This document shows, piece after piece, positions 24,574-37,751 of a stretch of DNA of 64,000 bases (position 1 is the stretch's first letter; the number at the start of each line of letters is the position of its first letter). A program made the translations under genes and the position numbers. The notes under the pieces are model-generated. The model was not told the DNA's origin, ran no database searches, and saw nothing but the letters and a program-made list of their open reading frames with translations. Location of the stretch: the NCBI GenBank assembly GCA_002189035.1, contig NEEC01000007.1, positions 3,162,001-3,226,000 on the forward strand, in the 5' to 3' direction. The DNA is from Utricularia gibba. Taxonomy: Eukaryota; Plantae; Magnoliophyta.

Positions 24574-25990
24574 TTAAATTGAGAAAGCAATAAAAAAAAT
24601 GGACAACAAATTCAACTTAAGAGTGGGGACCAAGAAAATGTTAGGGATAAGGATAGACTCATGAGATGTTTCTAGTTTAATAAACCCATCGTGCATGATG
24701 ATGTGATTAGTGTAATTTCTAGTGAAAATAAATCCATTCCTAGAGTAAGGTTGCATTGAATAAAATTTACCTGTACCATCAATCACATGCACAACCACTC
24801 CGCTCTCTAGAACCCATCCAAATTCATTGGAATTAATATTCATCTTCTGCAAAAGAGCAATAGCCTCATTGTTCATCGGATAGTTTGGAGGATCATAAGT
24901 CATTGATGGAATAGAAGATACTTGAAACTAATTTTGTGAAGCTGTGGCAGAATTGAAACCTAGTATGGAAGAAGGATTAAACTCATTAAATTGTTCTAGT
25001 GTCGGAAAATTCTGTAGGTAATTTGCCTAAAAACCACAAATATCATTTGTATTTGTCATAGCAACGATTAGCACCATGTTCCATTCTATTGTAAATTTGA
25101 CATTGAATAACTCAAGATTGCTTGAGCAACCTCCTCGCTACAAAAAACGACCACCATGTAATTGATAAGGTTGTCTATGTCCACCATAACCAATAAAATA
25201 TTATGTATAAGATTGTTGCAATTGCTGAAAATTATTTGTAACAAGTGAATTATGGTCATGTCACCCACATCTAGGATCATTGTAATATGGATAGTCACCA
25301 CGATTCCACAATCATGAAAACCCTAAAAGTTAGTTGCTAACACCTAAGATTCAATATTGATATTAGACTTAAGTTGGCCTCACTTTGTAAATCTTTACTC
25401 TCCAATAAGAAAAATCTCTAAAATATTATCAAAAGATGACAAAGGTTGTTGCACATGAACTACACTAATCTTACTCTAATAACAATCATGAAGGACATCC
25501 GTAAAATACATAACATGATCTATGGATTTTACTGTTTCACCAAGAATTTGTCTGATTGCACAACGATTTTACCTCATTTTACAAACTTTGAACAAATCAC
25601 CTTGCTTCATACAAGATATTTGGCGATTCAATTGAATGATTTTAGCCTTTGTATGAACCATGTAGGTATCCTTAAGAAAATCCCAAAGATCGATAGATAT
25701 ATTAATGTCAAGAACTCGCATTAATATTTCCTTAGTAAGTGTAGATTTTATCCAAGACACCACTTGGAAATTATTAACAATCCAATTTTCATATGTTGGA
25801 TTCACAACCTCAACTTCTTCATTCTTATTTTCGACCTTCTTCACCTTGACTATAGTCTTTTGTGGTGCCAAAATATATCTATCAACAAACCAACCCTTCG
25901 TTGACTCGCTAAGAAAGTACACATCAAATTCTGCTACATCATATAATTACTTACATTAAATTTAATCAAAACAACTTGTTTCATAAAACG
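24574..25990 (-). mobile_element. Ty1/copia gag-protease relic
   Basis: Copia gag-like VVSWIKSTLTKEIL...LWDFLKDTY...KIIQLNRQI...KQGD. Protease-like WVLESGVVVHV...IPNIFLVPTLKLNLLSI. Confidence 0.8.
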
Positions 25991-26370
25991 AGGAAAGGAT
26001 ATATCTGATGATAAACTTTGTATCTTCACTTAAGAGACTACAAAGATCAAAACTTTATCAATAGTGATGAATCATAATAGAGAATCTAAAATTGATAATA
26101 AAAGAGACAATTAAATAATTTTCGATCTCACTTTCAATACCATGATAAATTGGATGTTTCTGTGATTGTTAAATATATAAGGAAGAATATATAAGGAAGA
26201 ATAGGGCAACAAAGATTAGGGTTACTATACAAAATTACAGCAATGCCATTATTTAATTCCAACTCTACCATACCATACTTGTTTTAAGTATTTGTTGTAA
26301 AATGAAAAAATAAATTAATCATTTAATTAATAATATTGGGTCTCCCACAAGCTCAATTTGATTGGAATGA

Positions 26371-26407
26371 GGCCCATAAAATTAGCGGCCCTTACGATGT
26401 CAGCCCA
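26371..26407 (+). promoter_or_regulatory. Site II (TGGGCY) elements upstream of the small gene
   Basis: GGCCCA at 26371 and AGCCCA at 26402, about 170-200 bp upstream of the ATG. These are TCP-bound elements common in promoters of mitochondrial and ribosomal protein genes. Confidence 0.45.
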
Positions 26408-26571
26408 TTAAAGCCATCTACTGCCCAGATTCTCAGAAATTTCCCTTCCAGTGGAGTCTCCGTGGTCGGTGCCTTTTTCCGGATTTGATTCTGATCCGGC
26501 TTAGGGGACAGTGTATCAAAATTCAGAATATAGGTGACTGAATTCGGTAATTGTAGCTGAAACCGGTGTGC

Positions 26572-27014
26572 ATGGCAAGCGGTTGGAGGAATACGTTGGG
26601 GAATTTGAGATCGTTCGTTGGGAATTCGTTGGGAGGCTTGAGGGGTGGATCAAGTTTAGGGTCGTGGGCAGTTGCCGGAACCCTAGCTTACTTCCTCTGG
26701 GTTCGCCCTTCGCAGCAGCTAAGAAGGGAGCAAGAGGCAAGTACGTCGTTTCCCTGTAATCCAGAGTTAATCATTCGGTTTCTGAATTGCATTCCCGCTT
26801 TTAGGAACGCGCGGCTATTGCGGCAGCATCTCCGGACCCTTATCGATATGTTGAAAAGAGAAGACCGATTCCCGATCCACAGGTTATTGTTGTCAAGATT
26901 TCTGCTCTCGGTTTCTCTTTCAAATGGATCAATTGAAATGGGATTGATTTGTTTTGGATATAGGAAACAGGATTGATAGTTGGATCAAAGAATGATTCCA
27001 GAAACTCGGATTAG
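26572..27014 (+). CDS. Conserved small plant single-pass membrane protein, uncharacterised (97 aa, 3 exons)
   Basis: Exons 26572-26736, 26805-26882 and 26964-27014 splice in frame to MASGWRNTLGNLRSFVGNSLGGLRGGSSLGSWAVAGTLAYFLWVRPSQQLRREQE-ERAAIAAASPDPYRYVEKRRPIPDPQ-ETGLIVGSKNDSRNSD*. Intron 1 is GC-AG. Resembles a small conserved plant protein family that I recall but cannot name. Confidence 0.85.
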
Positions 27015-29245
27015 ATTTCGAGAGGATATATCGTGATGCATGTAAGAAACAGGGATCGGATAATTACAAAGTTTGCACTGTTTTACCTTAAGCGCACTCG
27101 TCACGACTTGAATACCCTCTTCCAGTCCCTGTAATTTTTGATGTCATCCCTGAATAATTAATGCTCTTGGTTGAGTAACATATGATAGACCGATTCTTAT
27201 GTCGATGTAACCAGTAATGACTTACAGGGATAATAAGTGGCATTGGTGATCGTCTTCTCGTTGCTGTTCTTGTTTTCTTGTGCTATGTTTGTGTACCAAA
27301 TGCTGATTACCTTGTCCAAATGCTAATCTGGAGGATAAATATGTTTTGAGAGACCCCCTCTTGTGTTTCTGATTCCTCGTTGGTATCTTTTGCTTCTGTT
27401 ACTTTGGTGTATTGATGGCTAATCATCTTGGTCCAAACGTTAACCACGACATTCCGGCTGTCAACCTGTGTTCACTAAGCTGTGTTCAGGTGATAGTGTG
27501 GTGGCACATAAAAAGGATGCTATTTTGAAACACGGATACATTGAGATGTGCACACTGATCTACCTTGAGCCGTTTGCCGTGTAGGATATTCCTGGAGACT
27601 GAGGCCTTTCCATAGCAGAGATTATAAGGTCAGTAGCTTCGATGCTTTTGGAAAACCGTATGCCTTTTGTATCTACGGTCTGATGACACACATAATTGTC
27701 TGATTCTAACTCCCACCAACCCTGCTCAAGACTTCAACCACTGTGCACTTGTTGAAACAGTCATGGTCTTCATTAATAACTCAATTCACCATGTTTTGAA
27801 ATCTCCTCAACTGCTCTAGAGAAAAATTGTGGCTGATGCCCCCATGGAGACTAAGTCGTTTGGAGGAAAAACTATCATCACAGGTGATGATTGTTGCCTA
27901 CTGGACAAGGGAGGTTTGGTTCTGTTATGAACTGGTTAGGGGTGGACTACAATTATTGATGAATTCCGGAATAATTAATTTAAAAATTCTTCCAAAATCC
28001 GATGAAATGGCACCGTGGGGGTGGGGTGCCACCATCTGCCAAGTTGCGGCCCCCGTGCCATTTTTCTTTACATAAAGCTGATTTTAATTATTGCCTATTA
28101 AAGTAATAAGTTCAACCATCTTATGATGTAATAAGCCATGATTAATAAGCTTCTTGAAGTATATTTGGGCAAAATTGCGGAAAAAGTAAAATAGTGATAA
28201 AATGGACGAGTCAAGACTTTCTGTTCCCATGCGTGGAAATGGTTCTCTTGAGGGAAACGACGACTTCCGTAGTTCACCGTCGATCGATGCGAGAAATTGA
28301 CTTCTTGAGATAATATCTTATTGTCCGTGTCACTAACGGCGTTGTAACGGCGTTGTAACGGCGTTGTCTGATGTTGATATGTTTGTGAAGGGATCGGGGG
28401 CGAAATTGCCTCCTTTTAGAGAGGCTTCTAATGACGCGGTGTAGTAGTTTTTGTATATGAGGTAATGGTAAAAAGGCGGTGGGGGACACGAGACTGGCCC
28501 GAGGGTAGTCCAAATCGGCGGCCTCTATGTTTAAAGTAATGCTAAAATATCACATTTTTCTTTGTGGACGGAGATGCACGCCAGCTGTTTGATCAACGGG
28601 CCGTGAAGGAAAGAAGAAAAACAAGTACAGGGTAAATGTGAAACGGGGATAACCAGTACACTGAACCTGATGCACAACGCATACGGAGAAAAGTAGAGGT
28701 TTTACGCGTTGGTTGATGTGTGTACCGAAAGGAGAAAGAGTGCAAGATAGAGAGAGAGGGGGGGGAGTTTCTGAGGTACCTTCTCTTTACCTTCTCGACG
28801 GGTCTCTTCGTTGGCTGCAGATCTCAACTTTTTTCTTCGTAGGCAGAAGTTATTGATGTCAACCAGAAACTGGTTGTAGCTGAAGATTTGGGAATCTTGA
28901 ATGAATAAGAGTTTGGAAATAGATCTGACTGAGATTTTGAAATCAACCGTACTCTGGATGGAATCTGCAAACCCATAAAGGTTCCATCTTTCCTAATTTT
29001 TGCTAGCTTTTCACTTGGGTATTCATCTGGGTGAATTTAAGTTTGCTCAGTTGTGAGGCAAAATTAAGTCTTGCTTCTTTTGGCCTGCCCAGAATTGTTG
29101 TTTCCTTCGCTTAGTTATCAGGTGTGGCTTAGGGATGCAATCTTTATGATTGGCTAGCCGTATGCTTCTTTTGTGAAAAGTCTCCTGTTTGTCTGATGCG
29201 CAGGAGCTGTTCTATTAGCGTGTTGTTAAGAAGCCTTCTGAGAAG

Positions 29246-32200
29246 ATGGAAGAGGCAGGCGGCCAAGTAATTACTCCAATTGCAGACTATCAAAATTTGG
29301 TTGGAAGGTTTTGTGATTCATATCCAACCTCGAAAAAACGTGGTGTTAGCGTTCACGCACCAAATGCTGCTTATCCTGACACTTCTGAGACCTGGAATGC
29401 TAATTCTTGGGATTGGGATCCTACAAGGTTTGTCGCGAAACCTTTGCAATGTGATGACGTTATAGTGGTCGGTGGTCAAGGAATATTGAGGAGAAACGAT
29501 GATCAAAGCAACGACTCAAATCCAAGGATGGTTCACCCCACGAGAGAAGACCAAGAAAATATTTTTTTGAAACTTGGAGGGGATAGTTCTGCTAAAAGTG
29601 GGACTAGTGGTGAGACAGATTCAGAAGAATTACAGCCATCGTCTAAACCTGTGAAACGAGTAAGAGCCGGTTCTCCTGGCGGTGCTAACTATCCTGTTTG
29701 CCAAGTTGACGGTTGCAAAGAAAATCTATCGGCAGCAAAGGATTATCATAGGCGGCACAAGGTATGTGGCATCCATAGCAAGACTGCGGAGGCGATGGTT
29801 GGTAGACAGATTCAAAGATTCTGCCAGCAGTGTAGCAGGTTTGTAATTTCTGGTTTGATTTCTGAAACAGCTGCGCCTGTATTGCTTTCTAAAACTTGAA
29901 TAATCTTTTCCCTTTTAAGATTCATTTACTCTGATCTGGACTATAATTTTAGGCTGCCATTTCTATATTTTATGATGTTTTGGTGAAGCTGAAGATGCAG
30001 ATGAGCTTGCTTAATCTATGGCTGAGCTCTATGTTTGTTTTTTTATAAAAGCCATCGTTTTATTATGGCTATATATGAGGATATTTGAGATGCATGTCTG
30101 GAAAGAAGTAGGTGCTTTAAAAAATGAATATGATTTTGTTTCATTTTCCCAGGTTCCACCTTCTCAGAGAGTTTGATGCTGGTAAAAGAAGCTGTAGACG
30201 CAGGCTTGCTGGCCATAACCGTAGGAGGAGAAAGATTCATTCAGAAGACAGTAACACACAGCTGCTAGCTCCTCAAAACCGTGACAAAAATATCAGCGAT
30301 GTTGACCTTGTCAATCTTCTGGCAATGTTATCACAGGCACAACATAACAACCGTGACACTAATAGATCATTTCCAAACAAGGACCAGCTTGCCCAAATTA
30401 TTGGTAATATGAATTCATCTTTGCCAGAGACACTGGGACCTAAACTGAAGGGGTGTGTTCCAAGGCATGTTAACAGTGTGAATCAGAACTCAACTGACAA
30501 AGAAAATACTTCTCTACCATCAACCAGGGACTTGCTTGCAGTTCTGACAGCCACTTCACCTGCTCCTCGCACACATGATAGTCAATCTGATCAAACAAGT
30601 GCTGAAGGAAGTGAATCAGAGAAGAGCAAATCAAGTTGTGTTAATGAAGTAGCACACCTGAATTTTCACAGCGGAGTAACAAGAGAATTTCCCTTTGTTG
30701 GTCAGAGCAGTAGAATAACTTCCAGCCCTCCACTAGGGGATGGAGAACTCAATGTTATTGAGACACCTCCGAGTTTACCTTTGCAATTGTTCAGCAGCTC
30801 TCATGATGATCAACATTTGAGAAAGGGCCAAGATTGTAATGTGCTTTCAGCTCAATTCAAAAATCCTTCACGAGAGGCCTTCCAGTTATCCTCAAAACTG
30901 GTTGTACATGATTTCTTTGCAATGCATAGCTCAAGGGAGAACCCGAAGGATGGCAATCTTCCAAGTGGTGAAGTTGAATTGCCATATTTACGAGGAAATA
31001 CAAGCAACTTCTGTAGTACATCACTTCAGCTATATGGTGGCCCTAGTCGACTTGGTGAAAATGTTTCATTTCAGGAATCACATAACCATATGGAGCAACC
31101 ATCTACTTCGGGTTCCTATTATTCAACTGCTCTAAAGTCTGACTGTCAGGTAATGTTCATCATTAATCTTTTGTCCGAGGAGATTTTCTTGGTCCCTTAT
31201 GATTTGACATGTTTTTTTTTTCTTTATAGGATCAGACTGGTCGCATTATCTTCAAACTATTTGACAAAGACCCCAGTCATCTGCCGGGGTCATTACGAAC
31301 TCAGGTCTGCAACTCTTGTTTCCTTTTTCTCATTATTATAATTTTCTCCTTGCTGATATGTGGGATATATCCTTTTCCTATCTTTACAGATATACAATTG
31401 GCTGTCAAACAGTCCTTCTGACATGGAAAGCTACATCAGACCTGGCTGCATCCTATTATCTGTATATGTTGCAATGTCACCAATCGAGTGGGATAAAGTG
31501 AGTTGTTTTATGATCAAAGACTTTACACATGGATGTTGAATAAATATTTCATGGTATTATCCTTGCAGCTTGAAGAAAACCTTCTCAATTATTTGAAAAT
31601 GTTAGTGGATGTCATTGATTCTCGGTTTTGGGGAGCTGGTCGATTTTTGGTTCACACAAACAGACAAATGGCTATCTCTAATGGGGGTAACTCCCTCCCT
31701 ATTTATAAATTTTTTGCTGTCGATTGAAATATTCCCAATAAACGTAAGTCTGCATGTGTGTACACCAACTGAAATTTTCATACGTCAATCTTCAGGGAGA
31801 ATCCGCCTCTGCAAATCTGGGAGAGCTGGGAGTGTGCCGCAATTGATCTCAGTCTCTCCTCTGGCTGTTGTCTCTACAGAGGAAACTTCTATTTTACTGA
31901 AGGGGACAAGATTGCTGGCTTCAAGCACCATGTATGATGTTACATTCAATACAACGAATACTGTTATCTTATTTCCTTGATTGAACATTGTTGTTTGTTA
32001 TAGGATTCACTGCACGCATGCAATGGGGTATTGCATAGAGAAGCACACATCATCATCTCAAAACTCGATGTATGATGAGATACTCTTGGTTGGCTTCAAG
32101 GTTGAGGGGCATCAACAAATCGCCTTGGTCGTTGTTTCATTGAGGTATCACTTGATTGAACATGTATTGAAGAATTTGAATGGAGTTTCCAGTTACAAAT

Positions 32201-33350
32201 ATTTTGATTTCAGGTCGAAAATGGTTCAAGAGCTGCAAGTTTCCCGATCATCATAGCAGATAAAGCCATCTGCCAGGAATTGAAATTCCTTGAACCTGAG
32301 ATTGATTGTCGTCTTGAAATTGGTGATGGTATTCCAACTTATGTTGCTGAGGATGAAGATCGGTCTGATTCTAGAGAGTGGGCCCTTCATTTCTTGAATG
32401 AACTTGGATGGTTGTTTCAGAGAAAGAATAATTCTTCTCCATCTGCTTTTCAGGACTACAGTCTCACTCGCTTAAAATTTCTTCTCATGTTTTCTGTCGA
32501 ACATGACTTTTGTGCTGTAGTCAAAACACTCTTGGACATTCTGGCAGAGATGAACCTCTGTCAAGAAGGGTTAGTTGGGGATTCTTTGGAGATGCTGTCA
32601 GAGATTCAACTTTTGACGAGGGCTGTGAGAAGGAGGTGCCAAGGCATGGTTAATAAGCTTATTCATTACTCTATCATTGATCCAGTAGATAATTCGAAGA
32701 AATACATTTTTCGATCTGATGTGGCCGGGCCTGGTGGCATTACGCCTTTACACTTGGCTGCTTCTTTGCCAAATGCAGCTTCCATTGTTGATGCTCTAAC
32801 ATGTGATCCGCTGGAGGTATTTTCCCTTTCACTCCCAATGTTTTTTGAAACCTGTTCTTGCTCTCTGTTATGTGCCTGCCATTCGCTGCGCCATTTTCAA
32901 CTTGGAGATTTTCGTTTTTTGTAGGTTGGACTGAGAAGCTGGGGATCTGTCCTTGACGAACAAGGACTCTCCCCATTGGAATATGCGTCAGTGAGCAACA
33001 ATCATTCCTACAACTCCCTAGTTGCTCAGAAGCTTGCAGACAAGAGTAATGATCAAGCCTCAATATCAATTGATAATGCTGAACAACTTTCAGTGGAAAT
33101 AGATGGTCACAAGAATCCCTCAAACTTGAGGCCAGGAACACAACCATGTTCCAAATGTGCAGTAGTTGCAGCACTTGGCTACAGCAGAAAGATCTCAGGT
33201 CCTCCAGCTTTGCTTCATCGTTCCTACATCCATTCAATCCTGGTCGTTGCGGCGGTTTGCGTGTGTGTATGTCTGCTCCTCAGAGGGCGCCCGTTTGTTG
33301 GTTATAGCCCACCGTTTGCATGGGAAACCTTGGATTACGGTGCATTCTAG
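29246..33350 (+). CDS. SPL14: SQUAMOSA promoter-binding-like protein, SPL14/SPL16 clade (SBP domain, ankyrin-like region, C-terminal TM)
   Basis: [10 protein letters not shown] motif; SBP domain CQVDGC...HRRHKVC...RFCQQCSR|FH...[17 protein letters not shown], split at the conserved intron 29839-30152; [16 protein letters not shown]; IRPGC; [12 protein letters not shown]; TM tail [17 protein letters not shown]. Nine coding exons inferred with GT-AG sites. Paralogue number is tentative. Confidence 0.93.
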
Positions 33351-34429
33351 TTCCTGAGTCGCCCATCTTCTAGAGGATTTCAAATTCTGTTGCTGATTGA
33401 CCCACCTCGTGGCTGGCTGCCCACTGCAAGTGAAAAACGGCTTCTCCATGGGGCCTTTGATGGACTGCTTGAGTCTTGGATCTGATGTTGTAAAGAGCTC
33501 ACTCCTCGTCATGGAAGCTTCTTCAGGTACACCTGGCCCTGTTGGTTCTACGCTGCCGTTCGCAGCATCTCCTTCAGCCGATTCTCACGGCGTGGCAGCT
33601 CTGCTGCGCAACCTGAGACGTCATTCGCTTCTGTTCCGCCAATTGCTTCCGCCGGAGGGAGGAAACGACGACCCTTTCCCGGAGTAGAGGCTTCAATAAG
33701 CAGATTTATTTGAGGGATGAATTATTCCTTGTTTTATTTGTTGATCTTCTCTTCTCCATGTAAAATACACACGCTTGTAGTTTTATTTTCATTTTCCAAT
33801 TAAATTTGTTTTTGTTTTGAAAAATAATCATTTATTGGTTTCTTTTTAACTATTGTCCTACCTGATCATAATTCTTTAAGTGCATATAAATCGTTGAATT
33901 AATAAAATAAAATTGTATCTATACAGAATTATTATTGAAATTTTTTTTTTAAACAAAAACTCAAAAAGATTGAAAATAAAAGATAAATTTGGTTTTAAAA
34001 ACAATAAAAAAAATTGGCTTCGAATATAGGATACACCTTGTTTAAAACTCATTCAAACTTGTGTGTATAAACCTTGAAGATTGATCTGTTTGCGCAAGTT
34101 CTGTGGGTGTTATTTTAAAATAATGCTACTCGCTAGCCGTTATAACACCGTTCCTTGTGTAGTAGGATTATAGAATCAACCATGCCACTATTTCACCTCT
34201 TATGATAACCCGTGTTTTCCCCACACCCAAACCTAACCCCTACACCTCACACCTCGCAGACATATTAGACAGAATGTGTCTTGTTAACGATGTCCGATTG
34301 AGCCTTTTTCCTTAAGTTCTTGAGGGTAACCTTTGATTCTTTCATACTTCCTTCGAGTTATGTAATACTAAAGAATACGTTGGTAAAAAAAAGGTTGTGA
34401 AAAATAAAATCAAACTTCAATTTAAATGT

Positions 34430-34800
34430 CGAAAAACATAGTGAAACAATCACTCGAGTAGGACTTGCACAAGTAAGTTTTCACCGTAGATCCTCAATCG
34501 CAAGCACCTATATGCACAGACTCGACTCTAACATGAAAATAAGAAAATATAAAAAAAAAAAGTGGTCAAAGACATCTCTAATGATTGAGAGAATGGGGTA
34601 TTTATAGGAGAGTAGATCAAAGTCTTCGTATTGGACTGTTTGATGGGTTTGGATAAGATCTTCTATCTAAATCTTTGAAGATCATCTTCATATCTCTATC
34701 TTAACCATAAATCTTTGACCAAATTTTCATCGTTTGATCGAATCTTGGGCTGAGATTCGTGGCTCATCAAGTTCATAATTTGGTGGGTCTTGATTTCTCT
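34430..34800. repeat. Dispersed LTR-like repeat, copy 1
   Basis: Its reverse complement matches 48780-49130 in several blocks (e.g. AAGATCTTATCCAAACCCATCAAACA, CACGAATCTCAGCCCAAGA, TTTTCATGTTAGAGTC). Contains a TATA-like TATTTATAGG. Confidence 0.6.
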
Positions 34801-36404
34801 TCAAATTGATCCACAAATGTCCTAAAAATCCATAAAATACAATTTCTCTTCAAAAAGATAAGTAATGTGAAAGATACAAAATCAATTAAAAATAATGAGA
34901 AATTAAAATTTAAAATAAATAAAAACAAAATTCAAGAGTAATGGAAAAATATGTTTTGGAACGATACAAAATCATTTATCACTATACCTCAATTTTGCAA
35001 TAACCTGTCCAAAGAACTACATGTTGGTTGAGGTAATTGGGGTTAAGAATAACCCAAATAAAATCATTTGGATTCACATGAATCAATTTTGAAGTATTTG
35101 TAAACTTAAAAAAAATAAAATAATTAATATTTTAAAATATGAAATATCTTTAAAATAATTTTCAAATGAGTATGTGCATTGAGTGTGGACAAAAAATCTT
35201 GTAAACTAACTATTTACCATATGTAAAAGAATAATTTTTCAGACTAATATTGTAAACTCAATGGGCACGACTTGATTTGCCTCGAGTAGTGACACATGTT
35301 GTCCTCGTATTTGTGTTATATTGATTAATAAAATATTTTGAAGCTTTTCTATCCAATCTAATATATCTCAAGTAATGTTTTTCCATAGATGTCGTTCTTG
35401 TTTCAAACGATTTATCTATTTTCGATATTCTTGAAAGTAATCTAGACAATGCAAAAACGTGGCATATGCAATAGCTGTAGAAGTTAGTCAATGAACACCT
35501 TACATTGTTCATGATCTTTGACCAATTTGACATTGTAGATTTATACCTACATAATTGATGTTAGTAATTATAATGACTAAAAATAAGGATACAAAAATAC
35601 CACATGTTGTATTTGATCTTCTTCAACTATTGATGTGCTTCTTCATTTATTTTTCGAATATTTTCTATGATACTATTAAACTTTCTTACATCTTTAGTAT
35701 ATACAGTTAACCATGTCATGCTTTTCAAATAAGAATTTTTGAATTTATCCATGAAGTTGGATATCACATATCATGTACAAAACCGATGACAACCTTCACA
35801 TTCATTAAATTCAGTAATGTAGGGTAGAGCCTCTATTAAACAAGAGATTCAATCAAATATAAGACATGCCTTTCATTATCCTTGAATAATATGTGTACTA
35901 AGGAAATTAAGAAACCAACACTATAAATATTTCGATTCCTTATCAAAAAAAAAACAAAATCTAATGATAAAATATGACCAGTAATATCAAAAACTGTAGC
36001 AATATGAAGTTTGCATTGATAATTTGATTGTAAATATATCGCATCAACTGTAATAAATGGTCAACAATGTTTATATACATCAATACATAAACCAAATGTT
36101 TAGCAAATAAAATACATCATTGAACTGACATTCTCTAAAGATATATTATCATCAATAATGAACAAAATGAAATATTGAAATATAACATTGTATGTTTTCA
36201 CACCAAAATCATGTTATACCTCGATAATTATATTGATGTTTTTATCCATAATTAGATAGTGGTCAATATTGTTGGGGGTGGAAGGGAGGGAGAGGGGATT
36301 TTATAAAGGTAAGAGGGTGTGATATTTGGGGGAATTGAAATATTTTTGGCATACAAGGTGTACTATACATCAATACCTTTTGCGCTATTATTCTTCCGTT
36401 GCAG

Positions 36405-37751
36405 CGTGTCCTCTATGTTGATATTGACATTCATCATGGAGATGGGGTGGAGGAGGCTTTTTACACCACGGACAGAGTGATGACTGTTTCTTTTCATAAA
36501 TTTGGAGATTATTTTCCCGGTACTGGTGACATTCGTGACATAGGATATGGGAAAGGAAAATATTACTCCCTAAATGTTCCATTGGATGATGGGATTGATG
36601 ATGAAAGCTACCAGTCTCTCTTCAAGCCAATAATTGGGAAAGTTATGGAAGTTTTTAGGCCGGGTGCTGTCGTACTACAATGTGGTGCAGACTCTCTTTC
36701 GGGTGATCGGTTAGGCTGCTTCAATCTTTCGATTAAAGGGCATGCAGAGTGTGTAAGATTTATGAGATCTTTTAACGTGCCCCTACTATTGCTGGGGGGA
36801 GGTGGTTATACTATACGCAATGTTGCTCGTTGCTGGTGTTACGAGGTAAGCTTATAAATTCGTTGCCAGAAATTGTAACAAACTGGATTTGTACATGCCA
36901 CCAAGACTGAGCCAATGTATTAAAACAGACTGGTGTAGCTCTTGGTATCGAACTGGATGACAAGATGCCACAGCATGAATACTACGAGTACTTTGGCCCC
37001 GACTATACACTGCATGTTGCTCCAAGTAACATGGAAAACAAGAACTCTCGCCATTTATTAGAAGATATAAGGTCAAGGCTCCTGGATAATCTTTCTAAGC
37101 TTCAGCATGCACCGAGTGTCCAGTTCCAGGAGCGACCACCCGATACCGAACTGCCCGAGGTTTCATTTTCTCCTACCCTTATCCTTTAGCAAGACTTCTA
37201 GTGTGAAGTTTTTCAGATAGTGGCATCGCTTTTTTTTTTTAATGAAGCAAGTATTGTTTGATGTCCTGCTTTTAACATCAAACTATACCACTACTTCATG
37301 GTGTGCGTAGAAGAATTCATGGTATCTATTTTAGCAAGTCTTTTGGAAATCCCACTTACATGACACTCGGGATCTAAGGCATTCACACTTTCATCAGATG
37401 GAAGAAAACGATGCCGGGCCTGATGAAAGATTGGATCCGGACTCGGATATGGACGTCGATCGGTGAGCATGCTATTCTTCTCTCAATTTTCGACACCTTG
37501 TGTTTCTTCTTATTCCGTGCTTACAAGGGGACTGTTTTGTTTGCGTTATGCAGCAAGTCTTCGACTGGTAGAGTGAAGGTTGAATTCTCGGAAGCCGAGG
37601 ACAACACTATGGTACTGTTAAAGCAGTGTCATGTAATGGGATTGTTCTAACTGCCACTCAATGTGTATCCACATTCCTTTTTCAGGCTGATGTGAAAGAA
37701 AGTGAGCTTCATGGGGACCTCGAGATGAAATGCTCCGAAAAGCTGGACTAA
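36405..37751 (+). pseudogene. HDA19: HDA19-like (RPD3/class I) histone deacetylase, 5'-truncated: five downstream exons only
   Basis: Exons 36405-36845, 36929-37159, 37398-37462, 37554-37611 and 37686-37751 encode [19 protein letters not shown]...[17 protein letters not shown]...[14 protein letters not shown]...HAPSVQFQERPPD...*, with no internal stops. No N-terminal exon (GGLHHAKK region) was found upstream. Confidence 0.8.

Noticed and set aside
27675-27710. Possible C/D-box snoRNA (TGATGA...CTGA)
   Set aside because: The boxes are only ~20 nt apart, with no terminal stem or recognisable rRNA antisense element.
28958-28978. Short uORF (MESANP*) in the SPL leader region
   Set aside because: Too short to assess, and the transcript boundaries are unknown.
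33480-36410. Chimeric splice from a donor at 33526/33527 in the SPL 3' region to the HDAC acceptor at 36405
   Set aside because: The donor is phase 1 in the local ORF and the acceptor is phase 0. The upstream peptide has no HDAC similarity.
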